Shown here: in pieces, positions 48,524-61,157 of the stretch | Layout of the letters: the number at the start of each line of letters is the position of its first letter | Position numbering within the stretch: position 1 is the first letter of the stretch | Assembly: GCF_032444005.1 (NCBI RefSeq) | Contig: NC_091283.1 | Coordinates: 602,950,001-603,014,000 of the forward strand | Direction of reading: 5' to 3' | DNA length: 64,000 nt | Source of the DNA: Ranitomeya imitator | Taxonomy: Eukaryota | Made by a program: the position numbers and the translations under genes | The notes under the pieces: generated by a model | Databases searched by the model: none | Told to the model about the DNA's origin: nothing | Seen by the model: only the letters and a program-made list of their open reading frames with translations

Positions 48524-49324
48524 TTATGAGGTTAGGATCTTTCTCCAGCATTTTTAATGTTTCTATTTCGGATTGAATCTTCCATTCCCAGTTTTATTTT
48601 CCATTTTCTCTAAATCCTTAGGTACCAACTCTACAAACACATCAATGGAGGATTGATCCCCTTGTGTTGGGGACATTTTTTTACTTTTCCTTTTTAAATT
48701 TGTAAATGGTCCCACACCCATAGATTCTGGAGTGGAGTCCGCCAAGCCATATATAAATCTGACTTCTGCTAGAAGGGAGTCTGGGATGTTCATGTCCCAA
48801 CAAACACGTTTATCCTCTTTGATAAAGAATTTTCTCCACTTTAGTTTTCTCACAAAAAGATGGAGATCTTTAATACTTTCAAAGAGTTGAAAATCTGAGT
48901 TGGGCACAAAATTAAGACCTTTATTTAGAACCTGTATTTCTATTGTGTTGAATGCTCTAGAAGAAAGGTTAATCACTTATAACACCACATAACATCCTTT
49001 TTCAGTTTTTCTAATCCTTATTTTCTCTCACATAGGGATATCAAGGGATTGTTTAGGGCGAGCCACCGAGGAGTGGGGGCGCCATCTCTCGTTTTTCTAT
49101 CCTTAGGGTGCCAACCTCTACTGTCAGGTAGGTGACAGAATAGGATACATGGTGTAGGGAGAAATTAGAATGAGAATCTAACATACCTCTGTCCTACTGC
49201 TCTTTTCCATGTATTGTATGTTGAAATCATCAAAAAGTTGCCCCCTCTTTCGGACCAATTCTCCAATTTGTCCAACATTCCTAAGAATTATGACCACCCT
49301 GTTTTCTGAGTGGAGTCTAATAAG
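48524..49324 (-). pseudogene. Penelope-like element fragment (region N-terminal to RT)
   Basis: ORF 48563-48976 INLSSRAFNTIEIQVLNKGLNFVP...DLHLFVRKLKWRKFF matches the INLS...KGLxFxP...FxRKL motif that precedes PLE RT domains. Boundaries are approximate. Confidence 0.7.
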
Positions 49325-49444
49325 TAGAGATGAGCGGTGTTCGAGTCGAACTGTTTGCCAATTTCAAATTTGAGCTGTTTTGGGAGTTGTTCGAGTCGTT
49401 TGACAAACTCGAACAATTTGCTTAAAATTCGACTGTTTTTTTTT

Positions 49445-50110
49445 AGGCTTAGTAGCAGTGTCTGCACGTCAGCGGTGTAGCCCGCCTGTGAAGCTAGCTA
49501 CACCGCCTGTGTATCTAAATTTTTACTGCATTTAACCCAGTAAATCATTTTGGGTGTAGTAGCAACGTCTGCAGATCAGCGGAGAAGCCCGCCTCTGAAG
49601 CAGGCTACACCGCCTGTGTATCTAATAATTTTTTACTGCATCTAACCCAGTGAATCGTTTTGGACTTAGTAGCAGTGTCTGCACGTCAGCAGAGTAGCCC
49701 GCCTGTGAAGCTAGCTACACTACCTGTGTATCTAATAATTTTTTACTGCATCTAACCCAGTAAATCGTTTTGGGCCTAGTAGCAGTGTCTGCACGTCAGC
49801 AGAGGTGCCGCCTGTGAAGCTAGCTACACCGCCTGTGTATCTAATAATTTTTTACTGCATCTAACCCAGTAAATCGTTTTGGGCTTAGTAGCAGTGCCTG
49901 CACGTCAGCGGAGTAGCCCACCTATGAAGCTAGCTACACTTCCTCTGTATCTAATTTTTTTTACTGCATCTAACCCAGTAAATCGTTTTGAGCCTAGTAG
50001 CAGTGTCTGCACGTCAGCGGAGTAGCCCGACTGTGAAGATAGCTACACCGCTTGTGTATTTAATAATTTTTTACTGCATCTAACCAAGTAAATCGTTTTG
50101 GGCTAGTACC
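49445..50110. repeat. 109-110-bp tandem repeat, about 6 copies; related copies at 54730-55010
   Basis: TCTAACCCAGTAAATCGTTTTGGG recurs at about 49531, 49641, 49751, 49860, 49969 and 50079. Confidence 0.92.
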
Positions 50111-50179
50111 ACAGTTTGGACTCTCAGCTCTGCTCGGTTTCCATCCATCATTTTTTGTGCCAACAACTACAGAGTTGCC

Positions 50180-53100
50180 AATTAGTTAAGCACCAACAAA
50201 AGGCATCCTGCTGGTGGAAAGGGGAATAGGCGTGTTGGAAAGGGAAAAAAAGGTTGTGTCCATGGGATAGGTGGTAAAGCAACAGTAACATCTACAGAAA
50301 AAATACCTTCTTCCAGTCAAAGTAAGATGTCTACTTCTTTTTGTGGACAATCTGATATGATCCCTTTCTTACGACCATCGCTACGAGCATCGCTCCAAAT
50401 TCCAGATGAGGCACAAAAAGAGCAGGTGCTTAAACGGATATCAGGTGCTCCTTCAAGTGGGCTCTCCTCCACCTCAACTTCAACATCACAAATAGTCCTC
50501 AGAGGTGTCACCGCAATCGCACTTGCTTCCTCACAGCTCCCAAGTCTCCAGCTGCCCGTCTGAGTATGGGGTAACACAGATGGTTGAGTCTGCAGAGCTG
50601 TTTACTCATACTATAGCCTGGGAATCAAAGGTCTGCTCCAGAGCTTCTGTGAATCCAGACGAGGAAATGATCTGCACTGATGCCCAGAGTCGGATCCAGG
50701 TCCAGATGAAGAAGGTTCTGAGCATAATGTAGACCCTCGTTCCCAAACTGTAACTCCTGTTGGTGGAGACAATGAGGAAGATGATGATGAGACTGAGATA
50801 CTGTCATGTCGGACGCTGTTCACACTAGGGCGTCTGACAGACAGCGGTAATTCCACATTTGTCCACTATACGCTCAGTGGCGCCGGCTAGATTTTATCCA
50901 GGTTATCCCGGGTTAATCTGGCTGGTAATCTGGTTGGAGGCTAGGTCATGCCCATGGCCTTTAAATAGTCATTCTAGACTTTGGTCGTCGCCGATTATAG
51001 CTTGTGTCTTGTGCCTGGTGATTTCGGTCTGGAGTGGTGGTCTAGGAGTTGAAGTATCGTATCTGGTGGTGTATTATCCTTTGTCATATTTCTCCTTCCT
51101 ATATTTGTGTTTATTTTTGCCCTGTGCACATTATAGTGTTTTCCTGTGTGTCTGCGGCGAGGTGCGTTTTTAGTTTTCCCTGTCTGTACTTTCTGTGTAG
51201 GTTGGTCTGAAACAGGAGTCAGGGTCAGGCCTGGCGGCCCAGACAAGCACACCATCAGTGTAAATTCTGGGAGAAGAACAGACAGGGTTTTCCCTAGTCT
51301 GAGGGATATCGCAGGGGCCCGGGTAATCAGCTTTAGTCTACTCAATACCCCCGTGACAGATACCTGATTGGAACGAAAACTTGACTTTTCGGTCAGGGCA
51401 GGAAGAGGTTGGCTCTGAGGACGACGGGTGTGAGAACACACAGGGTGATGATGACGAGATTGGAGACCCCACTTACTGTCAACCCACAGTCCGCCAGTTC
51501 ATGAGGTCAGCAGAGGAGGTGGAAGAGGATGCTAGTGACAACAAGGTTAGGTTGCGCCTTCCTGGACAGAGACGGAGTACTGGAAGCATGTCAACAACTG
51601 CATCCTCAACCACAACTGTGCCTCTGAGCACAAGTCATGGTGGCTCTTCAGGTCGCATTGGGCTTTAAGCCTTGCATAGCCTGGGCATTTTTTGAGATTG
51701 CAAAGGATGACCCAACTTATGTTGTCTGTAAGATTTGTCACCAAAATCTCAGTAGAGGCCAAAAAATGAATAGTTTGAGTACTTCATGCATGAAATGTCA
51801 CATGGATATGAGGCATAAGTTGCAGTGGGAAGCTCACTGTGCTACAATGCGGCCTAGTGGGCCGGGCCAACCACCGTCTGCCCCATCAAGTGCATCCGCT
51901 GCCTCTTCATCCTCTGTGACTGTGGGGACAGCAGTCGCACATGGTTTTGGACGCAGACCTTCCACCTCTTTAGCCACAACAGCCAGTGTGATTGGCAGGT
52001 CGTCAGTACATTTGCAAGTGGAAACACCTGCTGGTGTTGAGCGCTCTACGACATCGAGACCACCACATTTTGATCAAGGCAACATAATATCTTCGCCTGC
52101 ACCTTCCTCACAGACCAGCAGTTTACCGGGGACACCCTACTCAACCCAGTCTAAGCACGGCAGCCATCCCTTGGTCCCTCAGATGTGGACAAGTAAAAGA
52201 CAATTTCCTCCAAGCCATGACAAAGCTAAGAGGTTGAATTTCACCATCTGCAAGCTGTTGGCTACAGAAATGCTGCCTTTCCGCCTGGTGGACACAGAGG
52301 ATTTTCGAGACCTTATGTCCGTCGCAGTGCCCCAGTACCAGATGCCCAGTCGCCACTATTTCTCAAAGAAAGCTGTGCCTGTGCTACACCAGAATGTTGC
52401 ACACAACATCACCGCTTCCTTGAGAAACTCTGTGTGTGACAGGGTGCATTTCACCACAGACACTTGGACGAGTAGTCATGGACAGGGGTGTTACATATCG
52501 GTGACTGGGCACTGGGTAACTGGTGACAGCTGAAGGGGCTGCTGTCCAAGTCTTGCCATCCCCACGATTTGCACGTCGATCCTCTGTATCTATAAGTTCC
52601 TCCACTGCTTCTGCCTCCTTAACCTCCTCTCGATCCTCCACCTGCACCCAAAGCCTGTCTGGTAATGCCACCCGCGTTCTAACTGCGCAGAAGGAATCCT
52701 GCACACCTCCTTACTATGCTGTCATGAGGGCTCAACGGCATCAGGCGGTGTTTACCTTGAAATGTGTGAGTCACACAGCTGAGGATTTGTGGTCAGCTCT
52801 GGAGACCGAGTTCCATCAATCGTTGTCTCCACTGAACCTGCAGCCAGGGAAGGCCGTGTGCGACAATGCTGCAAACGTGGGTGCAGCCCTTTGCCGGGGC
52901 AATGTCTCACACACGTGTCTTGTATGGCTCACGTTTTGAACCTGGTTGTCCAGCAATTTTTATCCCACTATCCCGGACTATATGGGCTTCTGCAGAGGGC
53001 ACGGTCACTGTGTGCTCAGTTCCTACGTTCGCATCCCGCAGCTCAACGACTTACATCTCTACAGAAGTCGTTGGGCCTGCCAGTTCACCGGCTGAAATGC

Positions 53101-54420
53101 GATGTGCCTACATGGTGGAATTCAACTCTGCACATGTTGCAGCGACTGTGGCAGCACCGACGAGCCCTGGTGCAATATGTTATGACATATAGCCTGGTCC
53201 AAGGAGATACAGAGGTGGGGCAAATCACGCTGCAGGAGTGGTCTCAGATCAGGGACCTATGCACCCTTCTGCACAGTTTTGAAATAGCGACGAAGATATT
53301 TAGTGCTGACGATGCCATTATCAGCATGACTATTCCGGTCATTTACATGCTAGAGCACACCTTAAACAGTATTTGGAGTCAGGTGGTGGGACAAGAGGAG
53401 GAGGAGGAGGAACAGGAGGAGTCGTATGCGGAAGGGATAATATCTCCAATGTCTAGATGGTTGGCAGCACCAAGGCGGCTGGCATTGGATGGCGGGGGAG
53501 AGGGATTACTGAGGGTGCATGGTAGCAACCAAACTGCTAAGCAAGGTGCAGGAGCCGAGGAAGAAGTGGAGGACAAACTGGCGCTGGGCATGGAAGACTC
53601 ATCAGATGAGGGAGACCTTGATCAAATTTCTGTTGTGCGAGGTTGGGGGGAGAGGGCAGATGAAGGAAGCATGATTCTCACCTCGCCGCCACCAAGACAA
53701 CAAGGAATTGGTCGTCCTGGATGCGCAAGACACATGAGTGCTTTCTTGCTGCACTACCTGCAACATTACCCTCGGATTGTCAGAATCCGAAGTAATGCTG
53801 ACTACTGCGTTGCCACACTCTTAGATTCCCGGTACAAAAGTAAATTTGGCGAAATAATTCCTGCCATAGAAAGAGATTCACGCATGCAGGAGTATCAGCA
53901 GAGACTGTTACAGAATCTTACATCTGCTTTTCCACAAAACACCAGTGGTGCACGTAGTGAATCTCTGAGTTCTAACTTGCCAACCGTGGGACTGTTGAGT
54001 CATCACTCAAACCATAACAGTAACATCGTATCTGGTGGTAACAGCAATTTTTCCAATCATTTCAACAATTTTTTAGTCCATCCTTTGCAAGGCCACAGGA
54101 GGCAAGAAGTCTGACGCACAGCCAACACCTAGAGAGGATGGTACAGGAGTATCTCCAAGTTAACATCAATGCCATGACTGTGGAACTGGACCCTTGCTCA
54201 TTTTGGGCTTCCAATGTGGAAAAATGGCCTGAGTTCACCACTCACGCCTTGGAGATCTTGTCGTGCCCCACAGCCAGCGTTCTCTCTGAACGTGTGTTCA
54301 GCGCTGCTGGTAGTGTGCTGACAGATAAGCGCACGCAGCTGTCCACTGAGATGTAGACACACTAACGGTCATGAACAAATCCTGGATCCGCAAGGACTTT
54401 TCTACCCCTGTGTAATCCTG
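50180..54420 (+). pseudogene. Frameshifted hAT/BED transposase pseudogene
   Basis: Pieces 51637-52533 (BED finger AWAFF..CKIC..MKCH; RVHFTTDTWTS), 52523-52939 (VCDNAAN), 52789-54114 (CMAHVLNL, TWWNS) and 54138-54356 (ASVLSERVFS) lie in different frames and are interrupted by a solo LTR. Confidence 0.92.
50802..51358 (+). mobile_element. Solo LTR, 557 bp, inserted in the hAT pseudogene
   Basis: TGTCA...TGACA termini and a 5-bp TSD GATAC (50797-801, 51359-63). Removing it restores GAGACTGAGATACCTGATTGG. Strand is inferred. Confidence 0.9.
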
Positions 54421-55109
54421 GGGAGACTAAATGCTTGATGATTTTTGAAAATCAACTCACCAACCATTTTAAGAAACTCTGGGGAATTTGATGCCACTTA
54501 AGTGGTCTCTGTGGCCCAATTTTTGGAAAAAATGGAGACTCTTTTTGGAGTCCCTTTGCTGTTTTTTACATGATGTTGGCATCGTCAATTCCAGGTGGGT
54601 GGGGTCGCTCCCCCCCCCCCTTTTAACCTTTAGAAACTACATACACTATGGTTTGGGGTAACACAGACGGTTGAGTCTGCAGAGCTGTTTACTCATACTA
54701 TGGCCTGGGATTCAGAGGTCTGCTCCAAAGCTTCAGTGTCTGCTAATCAGCAGAGTACCCCACCCATGAAGCAAGCTAGATTGCCTGGAGATCTAATTAC
54801 AAATTTTTACCTGCATCTAGCCCAGGAAATCCTTTTGGGCCTAGTAGCAGTTTCTGCTACTAAGCAGAGTACCCCACCCATGAAGCAAGATACACCGCCT
54901 GTTTATCTAATTACCAATTTTTAACTGCATCTAGCCCAGGTAATACTTTGGGCCTAGAAGCAGTGTTTGCTACTCAGCAGAGTACCCCACCTATGAAGCA
55001 AGCTACACAGCCTTCTTCCGTTCTCAATCTAACCCCTCGGCTCTGGGGTGTCCGCTCTCCCTCCAGCTCTCTCCTTCTTACAGGCGGACTACCGCGTGTA
55101 TTCACACTG

Positions 55110-55583
55110 TGGCGAATCTTTTGGGCCCAGGCATAAGAAGTCATTGAGGTAATGGATAATATGTGCCCCCTTAGAAACGTCCATGATGACCAATTCGAGG
55201 AAGCAACTAAACGCCTCAAATAGTGAGCAGGATATGGAGCACCCCATGGGCAAACAGCGATCTATGTAGTATGCTCCTTCACAGAAGCAGCTCAATAGGC
55301 GGACACTATTTGGAGGCACAGGTAGTAACCGGAACACCCCCTCAATGTCTGCTTTGGCCATTAGGGTGCCCCTTCCCAACTTCTTGACCCGCCTGATTGC
55401 CTCGTCAAAGGAGGTACAGTATATAGTACTGTACTTGGTTCCGTGTCGATGTTGTCATTTTCTGACCTGCCTCTTGGATATGACAAGTGTTGGATTAGTC
55501 TGAATATATTGGGTTCCTTTTTTGGCACGACTCCCAACGGGGATGCCACTACTTCTTCTAAGGAAAGTGATCTGAATGGACCC
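55110..55583 (-). pseudogene. DIRS/Ngaro-type (tyrosine recombinase retrotransposon) RT fragment
   Basis: SPLGVVPKKEPNIFRLIQHLSYPRG, AKADIEGVFRLLPV, DRCLPMGCSISC and HYLNDFL (decayed YLDD) occur across a frameshift. Confidence 0.8.
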
Positions 55584-58199
55584 TGTAACGGGGTTTACTG
55601 TGCTGTAGTACCTCTTTCAGCACCCCCCGTGTTTCAGGAGGTCCACTCTGCTTTTGCTGGATTCTGAATGAAGGACGCTGGCTGGAATTCCGTGATTATG
55701 TGAGAGCATATAAAAGCTGACTGCTACTCCACATATTTCCAGTCTAAAAGAACACACTTTATTCACAGCACACAGAATATATAACACAGATACACAGGGC
55801 AGGCCAATAGAAAAAGCAGACCAGACGTACATTACAATAGACGCAGGGGGCCGGAGCCTGCTGATATTTACTGTGGGAATTACAAAGGTGGGGGAGGTCA
55901 GAAGGAGAATATCTTGTCCCCTCTAACCAGGGGCGCAGCTTGTGGACTGATGCATTTCACATGGAACCTATTATACATAATATATACTGCATAACATATT
56001 CTTGGTGCTGGGGGTTCTGTAACACGGCTCCCCTTTTCAGCGACGCGATCGGCATACACAGTCTGATCCTTAACGGATCGGTTTGGGGATGACCGAAGTT
56101 TATAGGGTTGGCACAAGTTCCGTTTGTCGACTTAGTCCATCGGCATTACCGTTTTGTTTGCCGGGTCTGTAGTGGATGGTGAAGTCCAGAGGTTGTAGGG
56201 CTAAACTCCACCGCAGTAATCTGGCGTTGTCTCCGGAGACCTGATAAAGCCAGACTAGGGGATTATGATCCGTTAGGAGGGAAAACTGTCGTCCATACAA
56301 ATATGGTTGTAACTTTTTGAGTGCCCATAGTATTGCCAGGCACTCCTTCTCGATGGCCGCATAGCTCACTTCACGGGGCAGTAGTTTCCGACTCAGGTAA
56401 GCTACCGGGTGTTCTTGGCCGTCCGGCCCGACTTGGCTTAGTACTGCCCCCAATCCAAACATAGAAGCGTCTGTGTGAACAAGGAAACGTTTAGTTGGAT
56501 CGGGTGCGGCCAATACAGGGGTATTCGTGAGGGCGTCCTTTAGCTGGCGGAAGGCTTCCTCACACTTTGGGGTCCAGGTTACCTGGTGGGGTTGGTTCTT
56601 ACGGGTCAGATCAGTGAGGGGCTTGGCCACGCTGCTGTAATTGGGAACGAATTTCCTATAATACCCCGCTGTCCCTAGAAACGCCATGACCTGGGTTTTA
56701 GTGCGTGGGGTGGGCCATTTGGCTATGGCCTCAATCTTGGCTGGTTCTGGTCTCTGTTTCCCACTTCCCACCCAATGCCCTAAATGCTGAACCTCTGCTT
56801 TGCCCATGTGACAATTGTTTGGGTTCAGGGTGATTCCGGCCTTGTGGATTCTGTCTAATACTGTCTCTAGGTGATTTAGATGCTCTTCCCATGTCTCGCT
56901 GTAGATGGCGATGTCATCCAGGTAAACACACGCATAGTCCTGGAGACCATCCAGAAGCCGGTCAGCCAGCCTCTGGAAGGTCGCCGGGGTAGTCTTCTGT
57001 TATAACCTGGTGGTCAGGACAATAATGGACCTGGTGGTTAAGAGCACACGGAATGACCTGATAGTTACTGATAATAAGGACGAGCTCTGGGACGTGGGAA
57101 CTCTGCTGACCGCAATCCCTAAACCTATCAAACACACTAGAAATAGCCGTGGATTGCGCCTAACGCTCCCTATGCAACTCGGCACAGCCTAAGAAACTAG
57201 CTAGCCCTGAAGATAGAAAAATAAAGCCTACCTTGCCTCAGAGAAATTCCCCAAAGGAAAAGGCAGCCCCCACATATAATGACTGTGAGTAAAGATGAAA
57301 ATACAAACACAGAGATGAAATAGATTTAGCAAAGTGAGGCCCGACTTACTGAACAGACCGAGGATAGGAAAGGTTACTTTGCGGTCAGCACAAAAACCTA
57401 CAAAAAGACCACGCAGAGGGCGCAAAAAGACCCTCCGCACCGACTCACGGTGCGGAGGTGCTCCCTCTGCGTCCCAGAGCTTCCAGCAAGCAAGACAAAA
57501 AATAAATAGCAAGCTGGACAGAAAAATAGCAAACCAAAGAAATACAAGCTGGAACTTAGCTTCTGATGGGAAGACAGGTCACAAGAACGATACAGGAGTG
57601 AACTAGACCAATACTGGAACATTGACAGGTGGCATGGAGCAAAGATCTAAGTGGAGTTAAATAGAGCAGCAACTAACGAATTAACCTTGTCACCTGTGAA
57701 ACTCAGAAACACCCACCAGAGGAAGTCCATGGACAGAACCAGCCGAAGTAACATTCATGACCACAGGAGGGTGCCCGACAACAGAATTCACAACAGTCTT
57801 CATCCCGAATGGCATAACTCGAAACTGAAATAAGCCAAACGGGGTGACAAATGCCGACTTGGGAATAGCATCAGGACTAAGGGGAATCTGCTAGTAGCCT
57901 TTGCATAGACCGATGGTGGTCAAATACTTTGCCCCTGCCAGCCGGTCTAACAAGTCATCCACACGCGGCATGGGATACGCATCCGTCACTGTTTTCTCAT
58001 TGAGCTTACGATAGTCTACACAAAACCATGTAGTCCCATCCTTCTTGGGCACTAACACTACAGGGGATGCCCAGGGACTATCTGACTCTTCAATGACCCC
58101 TAAACGCAACATCTCTTGTATCTCTTGTCGCATCCCTTCTCGTACAGACTCAGGGACGCGGAAGGGGGGTTGTCGCAGGGGGGTCTGATCCTGGCACAT
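55584..58199 (-). mobile_element. Gypsy LTR retrotransposon 3' part (RT-RNase H, PPT, 3' LTR), Gmr1-like organisation
   Basis: RT start 57891-58199 (SPWASPVVLVPKKDG..FCVDYRKLN), YLDD region about 56900, RNase H 56100-56807 (HTDAS..EKEC..TDHNPL..ADGLSR). Purine tract AAAAGGGGAGCCG abuts TGTTACA at 56024. LTR 55584-56024 has TG...CA termini and a minus-strand AATAAA. Confidence 0.9.
56998..57795 (-). mobile_element. Solo LTR, 798 bp, inserted in the Gypsy RT
   Basis: Minus-strand termini TGTTGTG...TATAACA. Flanking duplication GTCTTC (56992-97, 57796-801). Removal restores MPFGMKTTPATFQR. Strand is inferred. Confidence 0.88.
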
Positions 58200-61157
58200 A
58201 AGCTAGGAGAACAACTCATATATATAAATCTAAAATATAACTTTTATTAGACCATGTTAAAATATCTAATGGATAATGACGTCGCTTGTGAACAGTGCAA
58301 AAAAAGTGCTCATATAACCAGTGCTCTATTTCAAAAAATGGTTTTGTCTCACCAAATAGTCCTTTTTCCGGGAGTATCCACTGTAATACCTCGGGGGGAG
58401 GGGGAGAAAAATGTCTCTATGCTACCCCAGTCGTGCCCCTGCGTGGCTCCCGCCCTGACAAGGGCAGTTCCCAAGTCAGTCTAATGTGTTGTACCCACCA
58501 CGATAAGGTAACCGTCCCTACGCGTTTCCTCTCCCATAGGGGAGAATCCTCAGGGGAACTAGCTGAAATATATATGTGGGGAATTTTCTTTTCAAGATAA
58601 CGGAGTCCCTGCGTCGGCAGGTAACATTCGTGTCCAGTGCTCCCAGTTATGGGCACAGACTTATGGTAAGGTGAGACACCGGACTGAAAGCTCCCACTTA
58701 AATAGTTTATCAGGTAAACCCAGCGTCCTACCTCATTTCCGCTCTTGCACGTGCTCCTGCAGGGTAGCTGTTATTCTCAGCAGTAATGGCCATGTGATCC
58801 CCCAATCACCTGCATAGGAGTCCACTATGGTCTGCACACGTGTCCTACCATTATGCATATCTATTGCCGGCGGCCGCGAGTGGCCCGCTCACTTTGGGCC
58901 ACTGCGCATGCGGGACCTAGATTCTGCCCACATATCACCTGCCGTTGTTTATGGCGGCAATGTAGGTGCACCCCGTATATGTTTCCCCCCGCGGCCGGCA
59001 TGGGAGTGCGCACCCAGGCATGCGTGTAAACTACCAGACTGCGTCCTCACCGCGCCGTCCAACTCTTGATATGTCACTCTCACACAGCGTCCTAAATGCG
59101 CCGCTGACATGCACTTATCGCACCAAAAAGGCGCACCTCCGGCACCACAGGTACCATGGCTCCCATTCCAGGTAAATGGAACCATAATACCAATACAGAA
59201 TTTCCGTGGGGCCGGATATAACGTAGTACGGTAACCTGGCAACATACAAGCGTCATGCTATCACTGCCAATACTAAGAACGTGTGAGAGACACATTAGAT
59301 CAATCTACCAGCGCTAAGTATAACTTCACTGGTGTCCATATTGCCAGTAAAGCAATGGGGAGTACATTCAAACCCAAGCGCATAATGTCGGTGTACAACC
59401 ATCAATTTCAACATACCCAGTCACCTGACATAACGCAATAAGGTATACACATCTATATATACCACGGAGGTAACGGTACAATGCTGCACATATGAAAACT
59501 AAGATATACAAAGAGGGAAGCTGGGTATACACACCATTCCTCTCCCGATATCTATGTGACCCTAAAGTAAGGAGTACCATATGTGTTTAAGCATATACTA
59601 TGCAACCAATAATGATGTTAGGTTATAAATTTTAACAGTTATTCATAACTACAAGGTAGGTATTACTTAGTTGTTACGGGGATAGGAAAAACTTTTTCAT
59701 CTATCAACATTGTTATTATGAATATAGATGTTAATATTGCTGGAGAACCCGCTAAAAAATGGAAGATCAGCCCGATTTGTCATTATCCATATATAAAACC
59801 AGAATCTCTGTTTCAAACCATATAAAGTGCAGGTCAGAGAAAAATAGTAACACGAACGCAGCAATGGCTGCCGTGCGTTCAAGGTCATAATAGACCCAGT
59901 ATATCCTGTTTTATTGGCTGGAAGGCATGTACCACGAACTGAAACCGCTCAAACAACATGCAATTATAATACATCAAAGAACATTATGCATAAAATGCAA
60001 AAATAACTAGAAAAAATCACTAGAAAAAATCATATACCTATCTCTGAACACCGATCGGAGGATAAAATAATTTATACATCTATTCATAGGAAGCACCTGT
60101 AACTCAACTGCTCATTTAAGCTATGGGGGTAACAGGTATCCAAGCGAAATATCCATCTTGCTTCTTTCTGAAGCAAGATCCTGTCAAAATCTCCCCCTCT
60201 TCTTGGTGGTTTAACCTTCTCAATCCCCATGAATTGTATGACTTTAAGGTCACCATTATGTGACCCATTTACATGTCTGGCAACAGTAGTGTCCCTCCTA
60301 TTTCGGATATCACCCAGGTGTTCTCCTATTCTCCTTCTGAACTCTCTGATTTTTTTTTCTGAGTTTTTCCAACATAAGACTTGCCACATCTGCAAGAGAT
60401 GCGATAAATGACGCCCTTCGTTTTACAGTTAATGAAATCTCTGATCTCAAAGGACCTGTCGGGGCCATCGAACTTTTTGCATACCGATATGTATTCACAG
60501 GCCACACAACTCCCACAACGATAGCTTCCCTGAGTTCTGACCGGTAACCACATTTTCTCTGTTGTAGGTGCAACAAAATGACTGTGCACCAAACGATTTC
60601 CTATTGTTCTACTCCTTCTATAGTTTATCTGTGGTCTCTCCCCTACAAAGTCCTTTATGTCCTCATCCATCTGGAGAATGCCCCAATGTTTTTGGATAAT
60701 TTCTCTGACCATTTGGGCCCCATTGTCATAAGTACATATGAGCCGTGCCCTACCATCTGCATTCTCCGCCTTCTTTCTGGGTACCATGAGTTCTCTCCTC
60801 TCTTTCTGATTGGCATTTTTGAAAGCTTCTCTCAGTATTTTATCAGGGTACCCCTTAGTTAAAAACCTTTGGCGGAGATCATCCGCCTTCACTTTGAAGT
60901 CTTTTGTACTTGAGCAGTTTCTTTTAAGCCTCAAGTATTGGCCTTTGGGTATTCCCTTTTTTAGAGAGTATGGATGATGGCTTTCCCACCTCAACAAAGA
61001 ATTTGTGGAGGTGGGTTTACGGAAAATGGTAGTCTCCAACGTATCCTTCTTTTCTGATTTAGTAATCAAAACATCCAGAAATGCTAAGTCTCAGGTCCAT
61101 CTCATTAAGATTTAACAAATTGATGAACTCCTGGAATTCCACTACAGTACCTCGCCA
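58200..61157 (-). mobile_element. Penelope-like element, 5'-truncated inverted copy
   Basis: Reverse complement of 61691 onward. ORF pieces 60326-61069 and 60084-60395 are separated by an about 10-bp insertion, with an about 26-bp deletion near 61088. The about 1.9-kb 3' trailer has a hammerhead and AATAAA (58243-48) and interrupts the Gypsy pol at about 58200. Confidence 0.92.
58515..58557 (-). ncRNA. Type I hammerhead ribozyme in the PLE 3' repeat
   Basis: Minus strand UCCC-CUGAGGA-UUCUCCC CUAU GGGAGAG-GAAA-CGCG-UA-GGGA: intact core, 7-bp helix II, 4-bp helix I, palindromic helix III ACGCGU, GUA triplet. Confidence 0.85.

Larger units (their letters stand above)
49325..55010 (+). mobile_element. 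Second, degraded hAT element with array-flanked transposase pseudogene
   Basis: Starts TAGAGATGAGCG with TTCGAGTCG/CTCGAAC subterminal motifs. About 110-bp arrays lie on both sides of the transposase relic. The right TIR and TSD (CTAATAAG expected) are not seen in the window. Confidence 0.8.
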
